Below, piece after piece: positions 30,300 through 38,628 of a DNA stretch of 64,000 bases. The position numbers were made by a program, and so were the translations under genes. A model generated the notes under the pieces. It saw only the letters and a list, made by a program, of their open reading frames with translations, ran no database searches and was not told the origin of the DNA. The stretch is from Candidatus Cloacimonadota bacterium. Its GTDB lineage: Bacteria; Cloacimonadota; Cloacimonadia; JGIOTU-2. The stretch spans positions 32,001-96,000 of the forward strand of contig JBNGBT010000004.1 in NCBI GenBank assembly GCA_049903315.1. Direction: 5' to 3'. Numbering within the stretch: position 1 is the first letter of the stretch; every line of letters starts with the position of its first letter.

Positions 30300-30552
30300 T
30301 AAGATAGCAACGAACGCTAACGAACAGAGACGAACAAGATTAATTAAAATACTTAAATACATCATTTCCGAATTTATTATTAAAGTATCTTTTGTTAGGT
30401 GTTGTTAGTGTTTGTTAGTTGCAAAATAAGATAGCAACGAACGATAACGAATGGGAACGAACAAACATAAATGTATGTGCTAACAATTAAACAGTGTCAA
30501 AGCCGTTTTCTTAATATTTTTGTTCGTTTTTGTTAGCGTTTGTTAGTTGCTA
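30298..30552. repeat. Two tandem ~127-bp imperfect-hairpin units with 10-bp-periodic arms
   Basis: AATAAGATAGCAACGAACG is identical at 30298 and 30425. CGAA cores at 30311/30321/30331 and 30438/30448/30458; TTGTT(A/C)G at 30392/30402/30412 and 30520/30530/30540. Both units end TTGTTAGTTGC. Confidence 0.88.
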
Positions 30553-30570
30553 ATTATATAAAGGAGACTC

Positions 30571-32109
30571 ATGAAAAATATGTCGATTTCCCCCAATGGA
30601 ACTGAATACCAGCTTCCAACTGAAGAGCAATCAGCTAAGGAGTTAGACGTACTAAAAAAAATCACTGAAGAACAAAGGAAACTCGGACGTAAAATTGTGG
30701 CAGTCCAGGGCATGGGTTTTGTCGGATGTGTCATGGCAGCAGTTGTAGCAGATGCAGTTGACGAGGATGGGAATCCCCTATACTTCGTTCACGGTCAGCA
30801 AAGAGCGTCTGCGCGTTCCTTCTGGAAAGTACCAGTCATCAACACCGGAGTTCCACCGGTAAGTTCATCAGACGCTGAAGTTCCTGAAATTTTCCACAGG
30901 ACTGTTGTTGAAAAGAAAACACTTCGAGCAACTTGGCTGAATTATGCCTATGAAATAGCTGATGTTGTGGTGGTAGATATTCAGCTGGATGCCACCAAAC
31001 CTGCCTTTGGAGATGCATCTCAGGGATATTGCGATATGTCTGCATTCAGGGATGGTATGAAAACACTTGGCAAGTATATTTCACGTGAGTGTCTTATTCT
31101 CGTAGAAACAACTGTACCTCCTGGTACTTGTCAAAATGTGGTGAAACCAGTTATTGAGGAGGAATTCACAAAACGCGGGATTGATATTAAAAAAAGTCCC
31201 CCATTGATCGCACACTCTTATGAACGAGTTATGCCCGGCGCAAAATATGTCAGTTCCATTCGTGATTTCTGGCGTGTGTTTTCCGGAGTGAATGAAAAAA
31301 GTAAAGAGATCGCTCGTGAGTTCTTAAATAATATTCTCGATACCGAGAAATATCCTCTAACAGAATTGGATAATACAAATGCATCAGAACTCTCCAAAGT
31401 TATGGAGAATTCCTATCGCGCAACCAATATTGCACTCACTCTTGAGTGGGCAAAATGTGCAGAAAAGATCGGCGTGGATCTTCATAAAGTACGTGTTGCG
31501 ATTCGTAAACGTAAAGGAACACATGATAATCTGTTGCGACCAAGTCTTGGTGTTGGTGGATATTGTCTCACCAAAGATCCGGTTCTGGCAAACTGGGCAA
31601 TGGACGCGATCTTCCATATTGACGAGAAATTGAAGATAGCCATCAATTCTGTTGACGTGAATGACAAAATGCCGCTCCATACGATCGATCTAATCCAAGA
31701 GGAGTATCCAGAGCTAAAAGATATAAAGATTGTTGTTCTAGGGGTCTCATATCTCGAAGATCTTGGTGATACACGACATTCACCCTCCGAAACCTTGATA
31801 AAATTCTTGAATGAGTATTGGGCAGTTGTCAAAACGCATGATCCTTATGTGGAATATTGGGCAGAAATGGAGAATGTTCCGATAGAAAAATCTCTGGAAG
31901 AAGCATTAAAAGGAATTGATGTCATCATATTTGCAGTTGGGCATACAGAATACCTTGAGCTCATTCCGGATGATGTTGTGAAGATGTCAGAAGGCAAACC
32001 GCTCATCATAGACTGCTCGAATTTTCTCCCGGATGAGAAGATCAAGAAATATCTGAAATTGGGATGTAAGGTAAAAGGCGTTGGGAAAGGGCATATAAAA
32101 GACTTGTAA
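30571..32109 (+). CDS. UDP-sugar 6-dehydrogenase (UDP-glucose/GDP-mannose dehydrogenase family, WbpA-like role)
   Basis: GMGFVG, VETTVPPGT, SYERVMPG, KVMENSYR, GVGGYCLTKDP and DTRHSPS motifs; SD AAGGAG upstream. Confidence 0.9.
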   Translation: MKNMSISPNGTEYQLPTEEQSAKELDVLKKITEEQRKLGRKIVAVQGMGFVGCVMAAVVADAVDEDGNPLYFVHGQQRASARSFWKVPVINTGVPPVSSSDAEVPEIFHRTVVEKKTLRATWLNYAYEIADVVVVDIQLDATKPAFGDASQGYCDMSAFRDGMKTLGKYISRECLILVETTVPPGTCQNVVKPVIEEEFTKRGIDIKKSPPLIAHSYERVMPGAKYVSSIRDFWRVFSGVNEKSKEIAREFLNNILDTEKYPLTELDNTNASELSKVMENSYRATNIALTLEWAKCAEKIGVDLHKVRVAIRKRKGTHDNLLRPSLGVGGYCLTKDPVLANWAMDAIFHIDEKLKIAINSVDVNDKMPLHTIDLIQEEYPELKDIKIVVLGVSYLEDLGDTRHSPSETLIKFLNEYWAVVKTHDPYVEYWAEMENVPIEKSLEEALKGIDVIIFAVGHTEYLELIPDDVVKMSEGKPLIIDCSNFLPDEKIKKYLKLGCKVKGVGKGHIKDL

Positions 32110-32141
32110 TTATATAATTTCTAATAACATAAACTACCATC

Positions 32142-32175
32142 AAATGGGATTGAATTTTTTCAGTCCCATTTTTTT
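32142..32175 (+). terminator. Rho-independent terminator ending the polysaccharide locus
   Basis: AAATGGGATTGAA-TTTT-TTCAGTCCCATTT stem followed by a T-run. Confidence 0.75.
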
Positions 32176-32310
32176 ATTGTAATGGGAAAATAGTTCTATT
32201 TTTTTAACTGAGAAAGTTGGGAAAAAAATGTAAGAATAAACAATCAATTTTAGACGAAAAAAAAGTTCTAAACCACCAAAAAGTGTGTCCCAATTCCTTA
32301 AGAACATTTT

Positions 32311-32418
32311 TCATCCTTTAGAAGTCTCGTTTCGTCGGCTTGACGAAGGATCTCCCTGGTCTATAATTTGTCTTTTCTGAGAGATCGTTGTGCTGATAAA
32401 TCGGTATAACAATAACGA
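32311..32418. repeat. Degenerate REP-like composite hairpin element
   Basis: TTCGTC-GGCTT-GACGAA hairpin; GATCTC (32349) / GAGATC (32381) inverted pair; GTTGTGCTGA-TAAA-TCGGTATAAC hairpin whose three mismatches are all G-T. Confidence 0.4.
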
Positions 32419-32899
32419 ACTTATTTTATCTCTAATCAACGATAAAACCTTTCTATATCTATCTTTATAGGTTTTATGCTTTTTCACAAATACTGTCTGA
32501 AAATACCTAATTCGACTACAAAAAATACCTCGAAAAAAGTACTCAAAACCAGTCTTATTATCTCTTATGTTTTGCATAGCGAAGACCAGTTCTAAGGCAG
32601 GTTCTGAAGTGTTCTGGAGGAATGGGCGAAATTTGCCGTTTTCGGGGGAAAAGTGGGGCTATAATACGGGTAATTTTGTTAGAAAATGAACCAAGGTAAT
32701 GTGCTTCCAGTAAGCACTTTAGACTAAACAGGCTATCCACAAAACAGAGGTAATCTTTTAGTTCAAAATACGCACCTAGATGGACAAACCCGCCATGCCC
32801 GTAAATAGCTTAAAACCAAGAGGTTACAGATTTTGAGCCGGTGGTTTTAAATTAATAAATTCCGAACAATTCCAGCTAATACCTATAAATACCCTAATA

Positions 32900-33673
32900 T
32901 CATACACCCAATACCCTCAATAGCTCCCCATGAACTTTTCCATTCGATGCAGCGATCTCCTTATCAAAAATTGAAAATTTTGAGCCATCAAATTTCGTGA
33001 CCTTCCCGCCAGCTTCCTCGAGTATGACAACACCTGCAGCAGTATCCCAGGGATAAAGCTCAACCTCCCAATAACCATCAAATATTCCACACGCAACATA
33101 GCACATATCGAGTGCGGCAGCGCCGGGACGACGAATACCCCGGCATTTTTTTATCATTTTTGAAAAATTGCTGATATTGTTTCTTTCTTCATTCAACATG
33201 TCATAAGGAAATCCTGTGGCAAGGAGCGATTTTGAAAAGTCTGCATTATCTGATACTGAGATTGGCTCGCTGTTTCTAAAACTACCTTTGCCTTTCTCAG
33301 CATAAAAAAGTTCATTGAGGATGGGATTATATACAACACCAACAATACTCTTACCATCTTTTTGTAACGCGATCGAGACACACACAAAAGGAAATCCATG
33401 CACATAATTGGTCGTGCCATCCAGCGGATCGATGACCCAGCGATAGGGTTGTGATGCATTTTGTTTGTGCTCGGTTTCTTCTGTGAGAATGTTATGCTTC
33501 GGATAATATTTTAAGATTGTTTCTACAACAGCTTTCTCAGCTTCTCTATCAACATTTGTAACAAGATTAATCCGTCCTTTGTAGTCGATCTCTTTCTTCT
33601 CATGAAAATTTTCTCTGATGATATTACCGGCTTTTTCTGCGGCTTCGAGTGCAATATCCAGATATTTTTTCAT
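32900..33673 (-). CDS. suhB: Inositol monophosphatase
   Basis: LVTNVD, ILTEE, WVIDPLDGTTNYVHG, AALDMCYVACG and PWDTAAG motifs. Confidence 0.92.
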   Translation of the reverse strand: MKKYLDIALEAAEKAGNIIRENFHEKKEIDYKGRINLVTNVDREAEKAVVETILKYYPKHNILTEETEHKQNASQPYRWVIDPLDGTTNYVHGFPFVCVSIALQKDGKSIVGVVYNPILNELFYAEKGKGSFRNSEPISVSDNADFSKSLLATGFPYDMLNEERNNISNFSKMIKKCRGIRRPGAAALDMCYVACGIFDGYWEVELYPWDTAAGVVILEEAGGKVTKFDGSKFSIFDKEIAASNGKVHGELLRVLGV

Positions 33674-34746
33674 GATTTATCCTTTGCAGCACCTTTCAGG
33701 TTGAGAAGCTTTTTTCCATGCTCTTTCAATTGGGTGAAATTCTGTGGATGAAAAAGCAGGTATTTCTGCGTGTAACAACTACTCCAGCAGCCATCGCATG
33801 TTGAGTATTCTTCAAGCGTCTTAAGATATTCTTCACTGTTCACAATTTCTTCGAGATCCTGTTCAAACAGGTTTCCAATGCCATCACCCTTGCAGAGATG
33901 TACCTCCCCATTATGCATTATGGTGAGACGTGTTGCCGTGCGTTTGCCATCCACAAAAGGACAGAAGTCGGGAAAATCATTATCGATAATTCGTGGAATT
34001 CCTTCAATGAAGCTATTGAGATTAAGAATTGATGGATTATCTTTCAGAAAATCTATAGTTTTTTGTAGAGCTTCTGCATCGGTGATCTTCATCTCATCAT
34101 CTTCTTTTGTCGTGTCGAGTAATGAGTGATACACACCAATCGTCACTTCCCAGCCAGCGTCTTTGCTGGCTTTTATTATTTCAGGAACCTGATCGAGATT
34201 TTTTGCACTGAGTACGCAATTAGCATAAGTGAAGGAAGATGAACCGAGCTCCATTTTACGTGCAGTGATTTTTTTCATATTACTCAGCACAATATCTGCA
34301 TGATCTTTTACCCCTCGCAGATAATCACCATTTCCGCCGAGTCCATCCATAGAGGTTTGGATGTTTATCCCGTTTTTCAGGCAGAAGTCGATCACATTTT
34401 CGATCTTATCATAATCAAAATAGAGTCCCGAAACAAGTGAAACAGAAAGCGGGAAAACAGTTCGTGCACGATCAAGAATCTCTATTATATCAGGATGGAG
34501 AAGCGGTTCACCTCCGCTGATCATGCCGACAAGACTGCCGTATTTCTTCAATCTTCGGAGCACGAGCATATAATCAGAGAAACTCATAAAGGGCTTACCC
34601 TCACGGTTCTCATGAATGTTGCACTGCCTGCATCGCTGGTTGCACAGACGGGTGATCTTTATTTCTGTGACAGAATTGATCGGCTTATTCTGAAGGAGGT
34701 GCTTCGTTATTTTCGGAAGGGTTTTGAGCAGTGTTCTTTTTCTCAT
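33670..34746 (-). CDS. Radical SAM protein with SPASM/twitch domain
   Basis: CNQRCRQC (CxxxCxxC), SGGEPLL, and C-terminal C...GEVHLC...IGNL...CDGCWSSC. Confidence 0.88.
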   Translation of the reverse strand: MRKRTLLKTLPKITKHLLQNKPINSVTEIKITRLCNQRCRQCNIHENREGKPFMSFSDYMLVLRRLKKYGSLVGMISGGEPLLHPDIIEILDRARTVFPLSVSLVSGLYFDYDKIENVIDFCLKNGINIQTSMDGLGGNGDYLRGVKDHADIVLSNMKKITARKMELGSSSFTYANCVLSAKNLDQVPEIIKASKDAGWEVTIGVYHSLLDTTKEDDEMKITDAEALQKTIDFLKDNPSILNLNSFIEGIPRIIDNDFPDFCPFVDGKRTATRLTIMHNGEVHLCKGDGIGNLFEQDLEEIVNSEEYLKTLEEYSTCDGCWSSCYTQKYLLFHPQNFTQLKEHGKKLLNLKGAAKDKS

Positions 34747-35944
34747 TGATTCTTTCTACGTTCTTTTTTGCCAGTTCGAAATCGGGATCAAGTTCCAGAG
34801 CTTTTTTTAGGAGTACAAGCGCCTGTTCGAGCTGCCCGTCATTTTCATATATAACAGCAAGATTGTTGAGGGTTTTCATTTCTTCTTTATGTTCGAGGAT
34901 CTCTTCATACAACACACGGCATTTCTGAATATTTCCCTCTGCTTGAAAGAGGAAAGCATAATTATATTTTGCTTCTGTGAACTCCGGATCTAATTCCATT
35001 GCATTGAAAAAATGCTCTTTTGCTTTTTCGATTTTTCCCTTTGTGGAGTAATAAATACCAAAATAGTAGTGAAGATCAGCAGAATCAGGGAAAACCTGCA
35101 GGTATTTCTTCAAATCATTATACGCTTTATCAAAATGCTGCTGTGCGTATTTATAGGCAATTCGCTGGATAAATTCACTTTCTGAGAGAACCATGCCCGA
35201 TTCACCAAATACCTTTTCTTTGATATACCAGTTACTATTTATTTTTTTTAAAATAAGTGAAAGTGAATATTTCCCATTTATCTCGAATTCCACAATCGCC
35301 TGATCCTGCTCTTTACTCAGCGCAGACCGGATAAGATCGAATTCTCTGATGGATTTGAATGCTTTATTTGCGATATTTCTTTTGATATAATTCAGCGTGA
35401 AATCCTTGTCTTTATATACTTCATGATGAACAAGGAGCGGAAGTGTGTCTTCGTGGTCAAAATTAACAACCAATTTCATAAAACGGTTTGCAGCATCCTC
35501 GTGAGTTTCATAAGCTTTCTTTTGAAGTGGAATGCCAAGTTGTTCTCGAACATAATTATAGGATAATGCACCTTTTAATGCCTGCTCATGTTTTTTTAGA
35601 AAAGAATCGATCTTCTTTTTTCCGGCTTCGTTTTCTGCATAGGATTTTGGGGTATTATTTTCAAAGAGGTGATTTTCAGTCTTAATCCATGTATGAAGGT
35701 GAAGATCAAGGAGCTCCTGCTGTTCTGAGATAGATTCAGAGTAATTGTTCAACTGAAGAGAGTTTTTGTCCTGAGCGCTTTTAAGAGCATATTTGCAGTC
35801 TTGCGGACACTCCATCTTGATACGAATTTCGTTACAGCAATGGAAGCAGATTTGCCGATGAGTTTTTGGGCATTTTCGCATGGCTTTATGTTTTTTACAG
35901 ATCTGGCAGCGTTTGGGTGGAAATATTCCAAAATAGGTTTTCAT
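34685..35944 (-). CDS. TPR protein with N-terminal Cys-rich putative metal-binding domain
   Basis: N-terminal CQIC...CP...CFHCC...CPQDC; C-terminal TPR repeats (AMELDPEFTEAKYNYA, TLNNLAVIY, ALELDPDF). Confidence 0.75.
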   Translation of the reverse strand: MKTYFGIFPPKRCQICKKHKAMRKCPKTHRQICFHCCNEIRIKMECPQDCKYALKSAQDKNSLQLNNYSESISEQQELLDLHLHTWIKTENHLFENNTPKSYAENEAGKKKIDSFLKKHEQALKGALSYNYVREQLGIPLQKKAYETHEDAANRFMKLVVNFDHEDTLPLLVHHEVYKDKDFTLNYIKRNIANKAFKSIREFDLIRSALSKEQDQAIVEFEINGKYSLSLILKKINSNWYIKEKVFGESGMVLSESEFIQRIAYKYAQQHFDKAYNDLKKYLQVFPDSADLHYYFGIYYSTKGKIEKAKEHFFNAMELDPEFTEAKYNYAFLFQAEGNIQKCRVLYEEILEHKEEMKTLNNLAVIYENDGQLEQALVLLKKALELDPDFELAKKNVERINEKKNTAQNPSENNEAPPSE

Positions 35945-35956
35945 ATAGTGTCTTTC

Positions 35957-36742
35957 TTATGCGGTTGTATAGGTTTCGGGATTTGGGGGGATTGATTGCT
36001 TAAAGCGGTTTTTCTTTACGAGGGAAATTATGTGTTGGATTTGCTCTTCCGTAAATCCCCGTGAAAGTAATTCTTCAAGTGGCAGCTTTTTTTCATAAAG
36101 AGCATAGAGGATTTCGTCAGCATCGTTGTAGGAAAACCCGAGTTCTTCTTCGTCGGTTTGATCTTCCCATAGATCGGCGGTAGGGGGTTTTGTTATGATA
36201 TTTTCGGGAACTCCCATCATTTCTGCAAGTTTCCAGACCTCTGTTTTATACAGGCAGCCGAGCGGTTCGAGTGCGCAAGCTCCATCTCCGAATTGCGTAA
36301 CATACCCGAGGAGAAGTTCTGTTTTATTGCCTGTGCCAAGCACGAGTGCATGCTCTTTTGCAGCGAGGTCATAGATCGTGCACATGCGCATTCTTGCCTT
36401 CATGTTGCCTTTTCGAAGTATGTCTGCTTCGGGTTCATAAGTGTCAAAATAGGCATTGACCATCGGGGTAATTTCACGCACATAGTATTTTATTCCGAGA
36501 TTGTCAGCAATCAATTTCCCATCATCGAAACTATCATCCCTGCTCGTTTTGTAGGGCATGAGTACGCCGATCACATTTTCTTTGCCAAGCGCTTCCACGG
36601 CAATATATGCAACGAGGGATGAATCAATCCCGCCGGACAGTCCGATAATACCTTTTGAAAAACCGGCATCCTTGAAATAGGTTTTGATGAAGTTAATTAT
36701 CTTTTGCTTTTCTTTTATGAGATCGATATTTCGCATTTTCAT
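35957..36742 (-). CDS. nadE: NH3-dependent NAD+ synthetase
   Basis: GLSGGIDS, GNMKARMRM, GTGNKTE, LYKTEV and PTADLWEDQTDEEELG motifs. Confidence 0.95.
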   Translation of the reverse strand: MKMRNIDLIKEKQKIINFIKTYFKDAGFSKGIIGLSGGIDSSLVAYIAVEALGKENVIGVLMPYKTSRDDSFDDGKLIADNLGIKYYVREITPMVNAYFDTYEPEADILRKGNMKARMRMCTIYDLAAKEHALVLGTGNKTELLLGYVTQFGDGACALEPLGCLYKTEVWKLAEMMGVPENIITKPPTADLWEDQTDEEELGFSYNDADEILYALYEKKLPLEELLSRGFTEEQIQHIISLVKKNRFKQSIPPNPETYTTA

Positions 36743-37506
36743 CTCACCTTAATATTATCAATCGATTGCACTATGAAATCTGCAAAGGATTCAAGAAGGT
36801 CAGCGCTATCTTTGCCTGAAAGCACTGCAATAGAAAGCCCACAACCTGCGTTCTTTGCCATTTCCATATCCAGCGTGCTGTCACCCACAACTGCGGTATG
36901 CTCTGGTTTGATTTCAAGCCTCTCACACACATAATGCACCATATCTGGAGCAGGTTTGTCATTCGTGATGCTGTCCGCACCGGAAATCGCGTGTACCTGG
37001 TCGAGTACATCGAATGCTTCCAGGATTTTCTCACATCTCACTGCGAGGTCGGAAGTTGCAACTGCGATCTTGATGTTGTGTTCCAATGCATTTTCAAATA
37101 ATCCCCGAATATCCCCAAGCGGATTTGCGATCTTCTTCAAATCCACAATACTGTCCACTTCTCCAAAAATGCGGTGAGTTGACTCGTGCGCTTCATCTTT
37201 CTTCAATCCAAACTCTATGAGTTTTTTTATTACTTTTTTTTCTGTTGTCGGTCGGGAATCTGTCAGGATAGCAACATCGAGAATATTCGTTGAATAAGGA
37301 TCTGCACCCATTGCCCGAATGATGTCATCAACTCTATTCTCTGCTAATTCGAAATGCTCGCCAAGTAATCTCGCCCGTTGTTTGATGATCTCAATCCACA
37401 TATTTAAATCGGATAACGTGCCGTCTTTATCAAATATCATGAGTTTTATTTGTGCAGGATCAATATATACCGTGCCGTTCTGCAAATGTGCTGCTTTGTG
37501 TGCCAT
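36739..37506 (-). CDS. HAD-superfamily hydrolase
   Basis: FDKDGTL, ATSD, KPAPD and VGDSTLD motifs. Confidence 0.88.
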   Translation of the reverse strand: MAHKAAHLQNGTVYIDPAQIKLMIFDKDGTLSDLNMWIEIIKQRARLLGEHFELAENRVDDIIRAMGADPYSTNILDVAILTDSRPTTEKKVIKKLIEFGLKKDEAHESTHRIFGEVDSIVDLKKIANPLGDIRGLFENALEHNIKIAVATSDLAVRCEKILEAFDVLDQVHAISGADSITNDKPAPDMVHYVCERLEIKPEHTAVVGDSTLDMEMAKNAGCGLSIAVLSGKDSADLLESFADFIVQSIDNIKVR

Positions 37507-37994
37507 TAAATCCTTTCTATTGCCTGAAGAACATCCATAAGAGTGATCTCGTCGAGTTTCCTGTTTTTGCCGATCATGCTTGCAAGGAGCGAGAGAAATT
37601 GTTCGACGGTCATGTCTGCATACTTATCGAGGATCAAGTAGGATATATCCGAACTGCTTCCTTTTAGTATATTGTCGAGTTCATCTGTATCTTCTTTTTT
37701 TTCTGATTTCTTTTCAGGTTTGGATGTTGGTTTGCCGGTTTCCTTTTCCTCATCTTTCTTAATATTGAACACGTCCTTTTCGTCATCACTCATGACGAAT
37801 GAACCGATTGCCGCGCGATCCTTTTTACTTTTAGAGCTTATTATCTCTTCAAGATAGGTGATCTTCTTTTCATAGAACTCATCATGCTTTTTCTCGTTGA
37901 GTTTTTTATACATGATCAGTGCCATTGCATACTTACCCTGTTCCTCGTACATTTTTGCAAGAGCCGGTGATGCGGCAACATCCTGAAATTCCAT
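37506..37994 (-). CDS. Hypothetical protein
   Basis: ORF coupled to both neighbours; SPALAKMYEEQG TPR-like start; GAGG before the ATG at 37994. Confidence 0.65.
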   Translation of the reverse strand: MEFQDVAASPALAKMYEEQGKYAMALIMYKKLNEKKHDEFYEKKITYLEEIISSKSKKDRAAIGSFVMSDDEKDVFNIKKDEEKETGKPTSKPEKKSEKKEDTDELDNILKGSSSDISYLILDKYADMTVEQFLSLLASMIGKNRKLDEITLMDVLQAIERI

Positions 37995-37995
37995 A

Positions 37996-38628
37996 TTAAA
38001 CCTCAATCCTGTTTTTTATTTTATCGAATATGCCCTGTCCGATGCCTTTCACGTTCATGATCTCTTCGATGGTTTGAAAAGAGCCATGTTCGTTTCTGTA
38101 GTCAATAATTGCCTGCGCTTTTTTCTCTCCTATTCCGCTTAAATTCTGCAGCTGTTCAATCGTCGCAGAATTAATGTTGATAATATCAGTTATGTCGGAA
38201 GAAGCAGCATTCGATGAAGGAGAATCATCAGCAACAAACGCATATACTTCTACCGAATCTCCAATCATTTCGAGATAGGGAAGGAGTTTTGCCAGAGTTT
38301 TCTTGCCGATTCCTTTAATATTCGTCAGTTCAATAAGAGAAGAAAGTGTTCCATGTTCTGTTTTATATTCGTAAATCGCCTGTGCTTTTGCAGGACCGAT
38401 ACCCGGCAATTCCGCAAGCGTTTCAATATCTGCAATATTGATGTTGATCATCATGGGCTCATGGGATTTTTCCACAACTTTCTTTAGACTGTCTTTAATT
38501 GTACTCGTAGAATCGGCATCGAGAATGGAAGAAATGTTTTTCACATTGAGCACAACCAGCCCAATAACAAGGAATACAACAACAAAAATGATGATGTTGC
38601 GTTCCTCGGGAGTGAAATATTTATTCAT
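37996..38628 (-). CDS. comEA: ComEA-family DNA-binding protein with two helix-hairpin-helix modules
   Basis: N-terminal TM segment; two ININ-x-A...LPGIG/LSGIG-x-x-KA...KGIG modules. Confidence 0.85.
   Translation of the reverse strand: MNKYFTPEERNIIIFVVVFLVIGLVVLNVKNISSILDADSTSTIKDSLKKVVEKSHEPMMININIADIETLAELPGIGPAKAQAIYEYKTEHGTLSSLIELTNIKGIGKKTLAKLLPYLEMIGDSVEVYAFVADDSPSSNAASSDITDIININSATIEQLQNLSGIGEKKAQAIIDYRNEHGSFQTIEEIMNVKGIGQGIFDKIKNRIEV

Noticed and set aside
30298..30552. CRISPR array interpretation of the repeat-spacer pattern
   Set aside because: Only two clear units, each made of two different arms with internal 10-bp periodicity rather than one direct repeat, and no cas genes in the window.
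32311..32740. Short minus-strand ORFs 32311-32577 and 32558-32740
   Set aside because: No recognisable motifs or ribosome-binding sites; they overlap hairpin elements and are likely spurious.
32733..32741. oriC suggested by a DnaA-box-like CTATCCACA in the long intergenic region
   Set aside because: Single imperfect box, convergent flanking genes and no dnaA/dnaN context. No recognisable dif site either.
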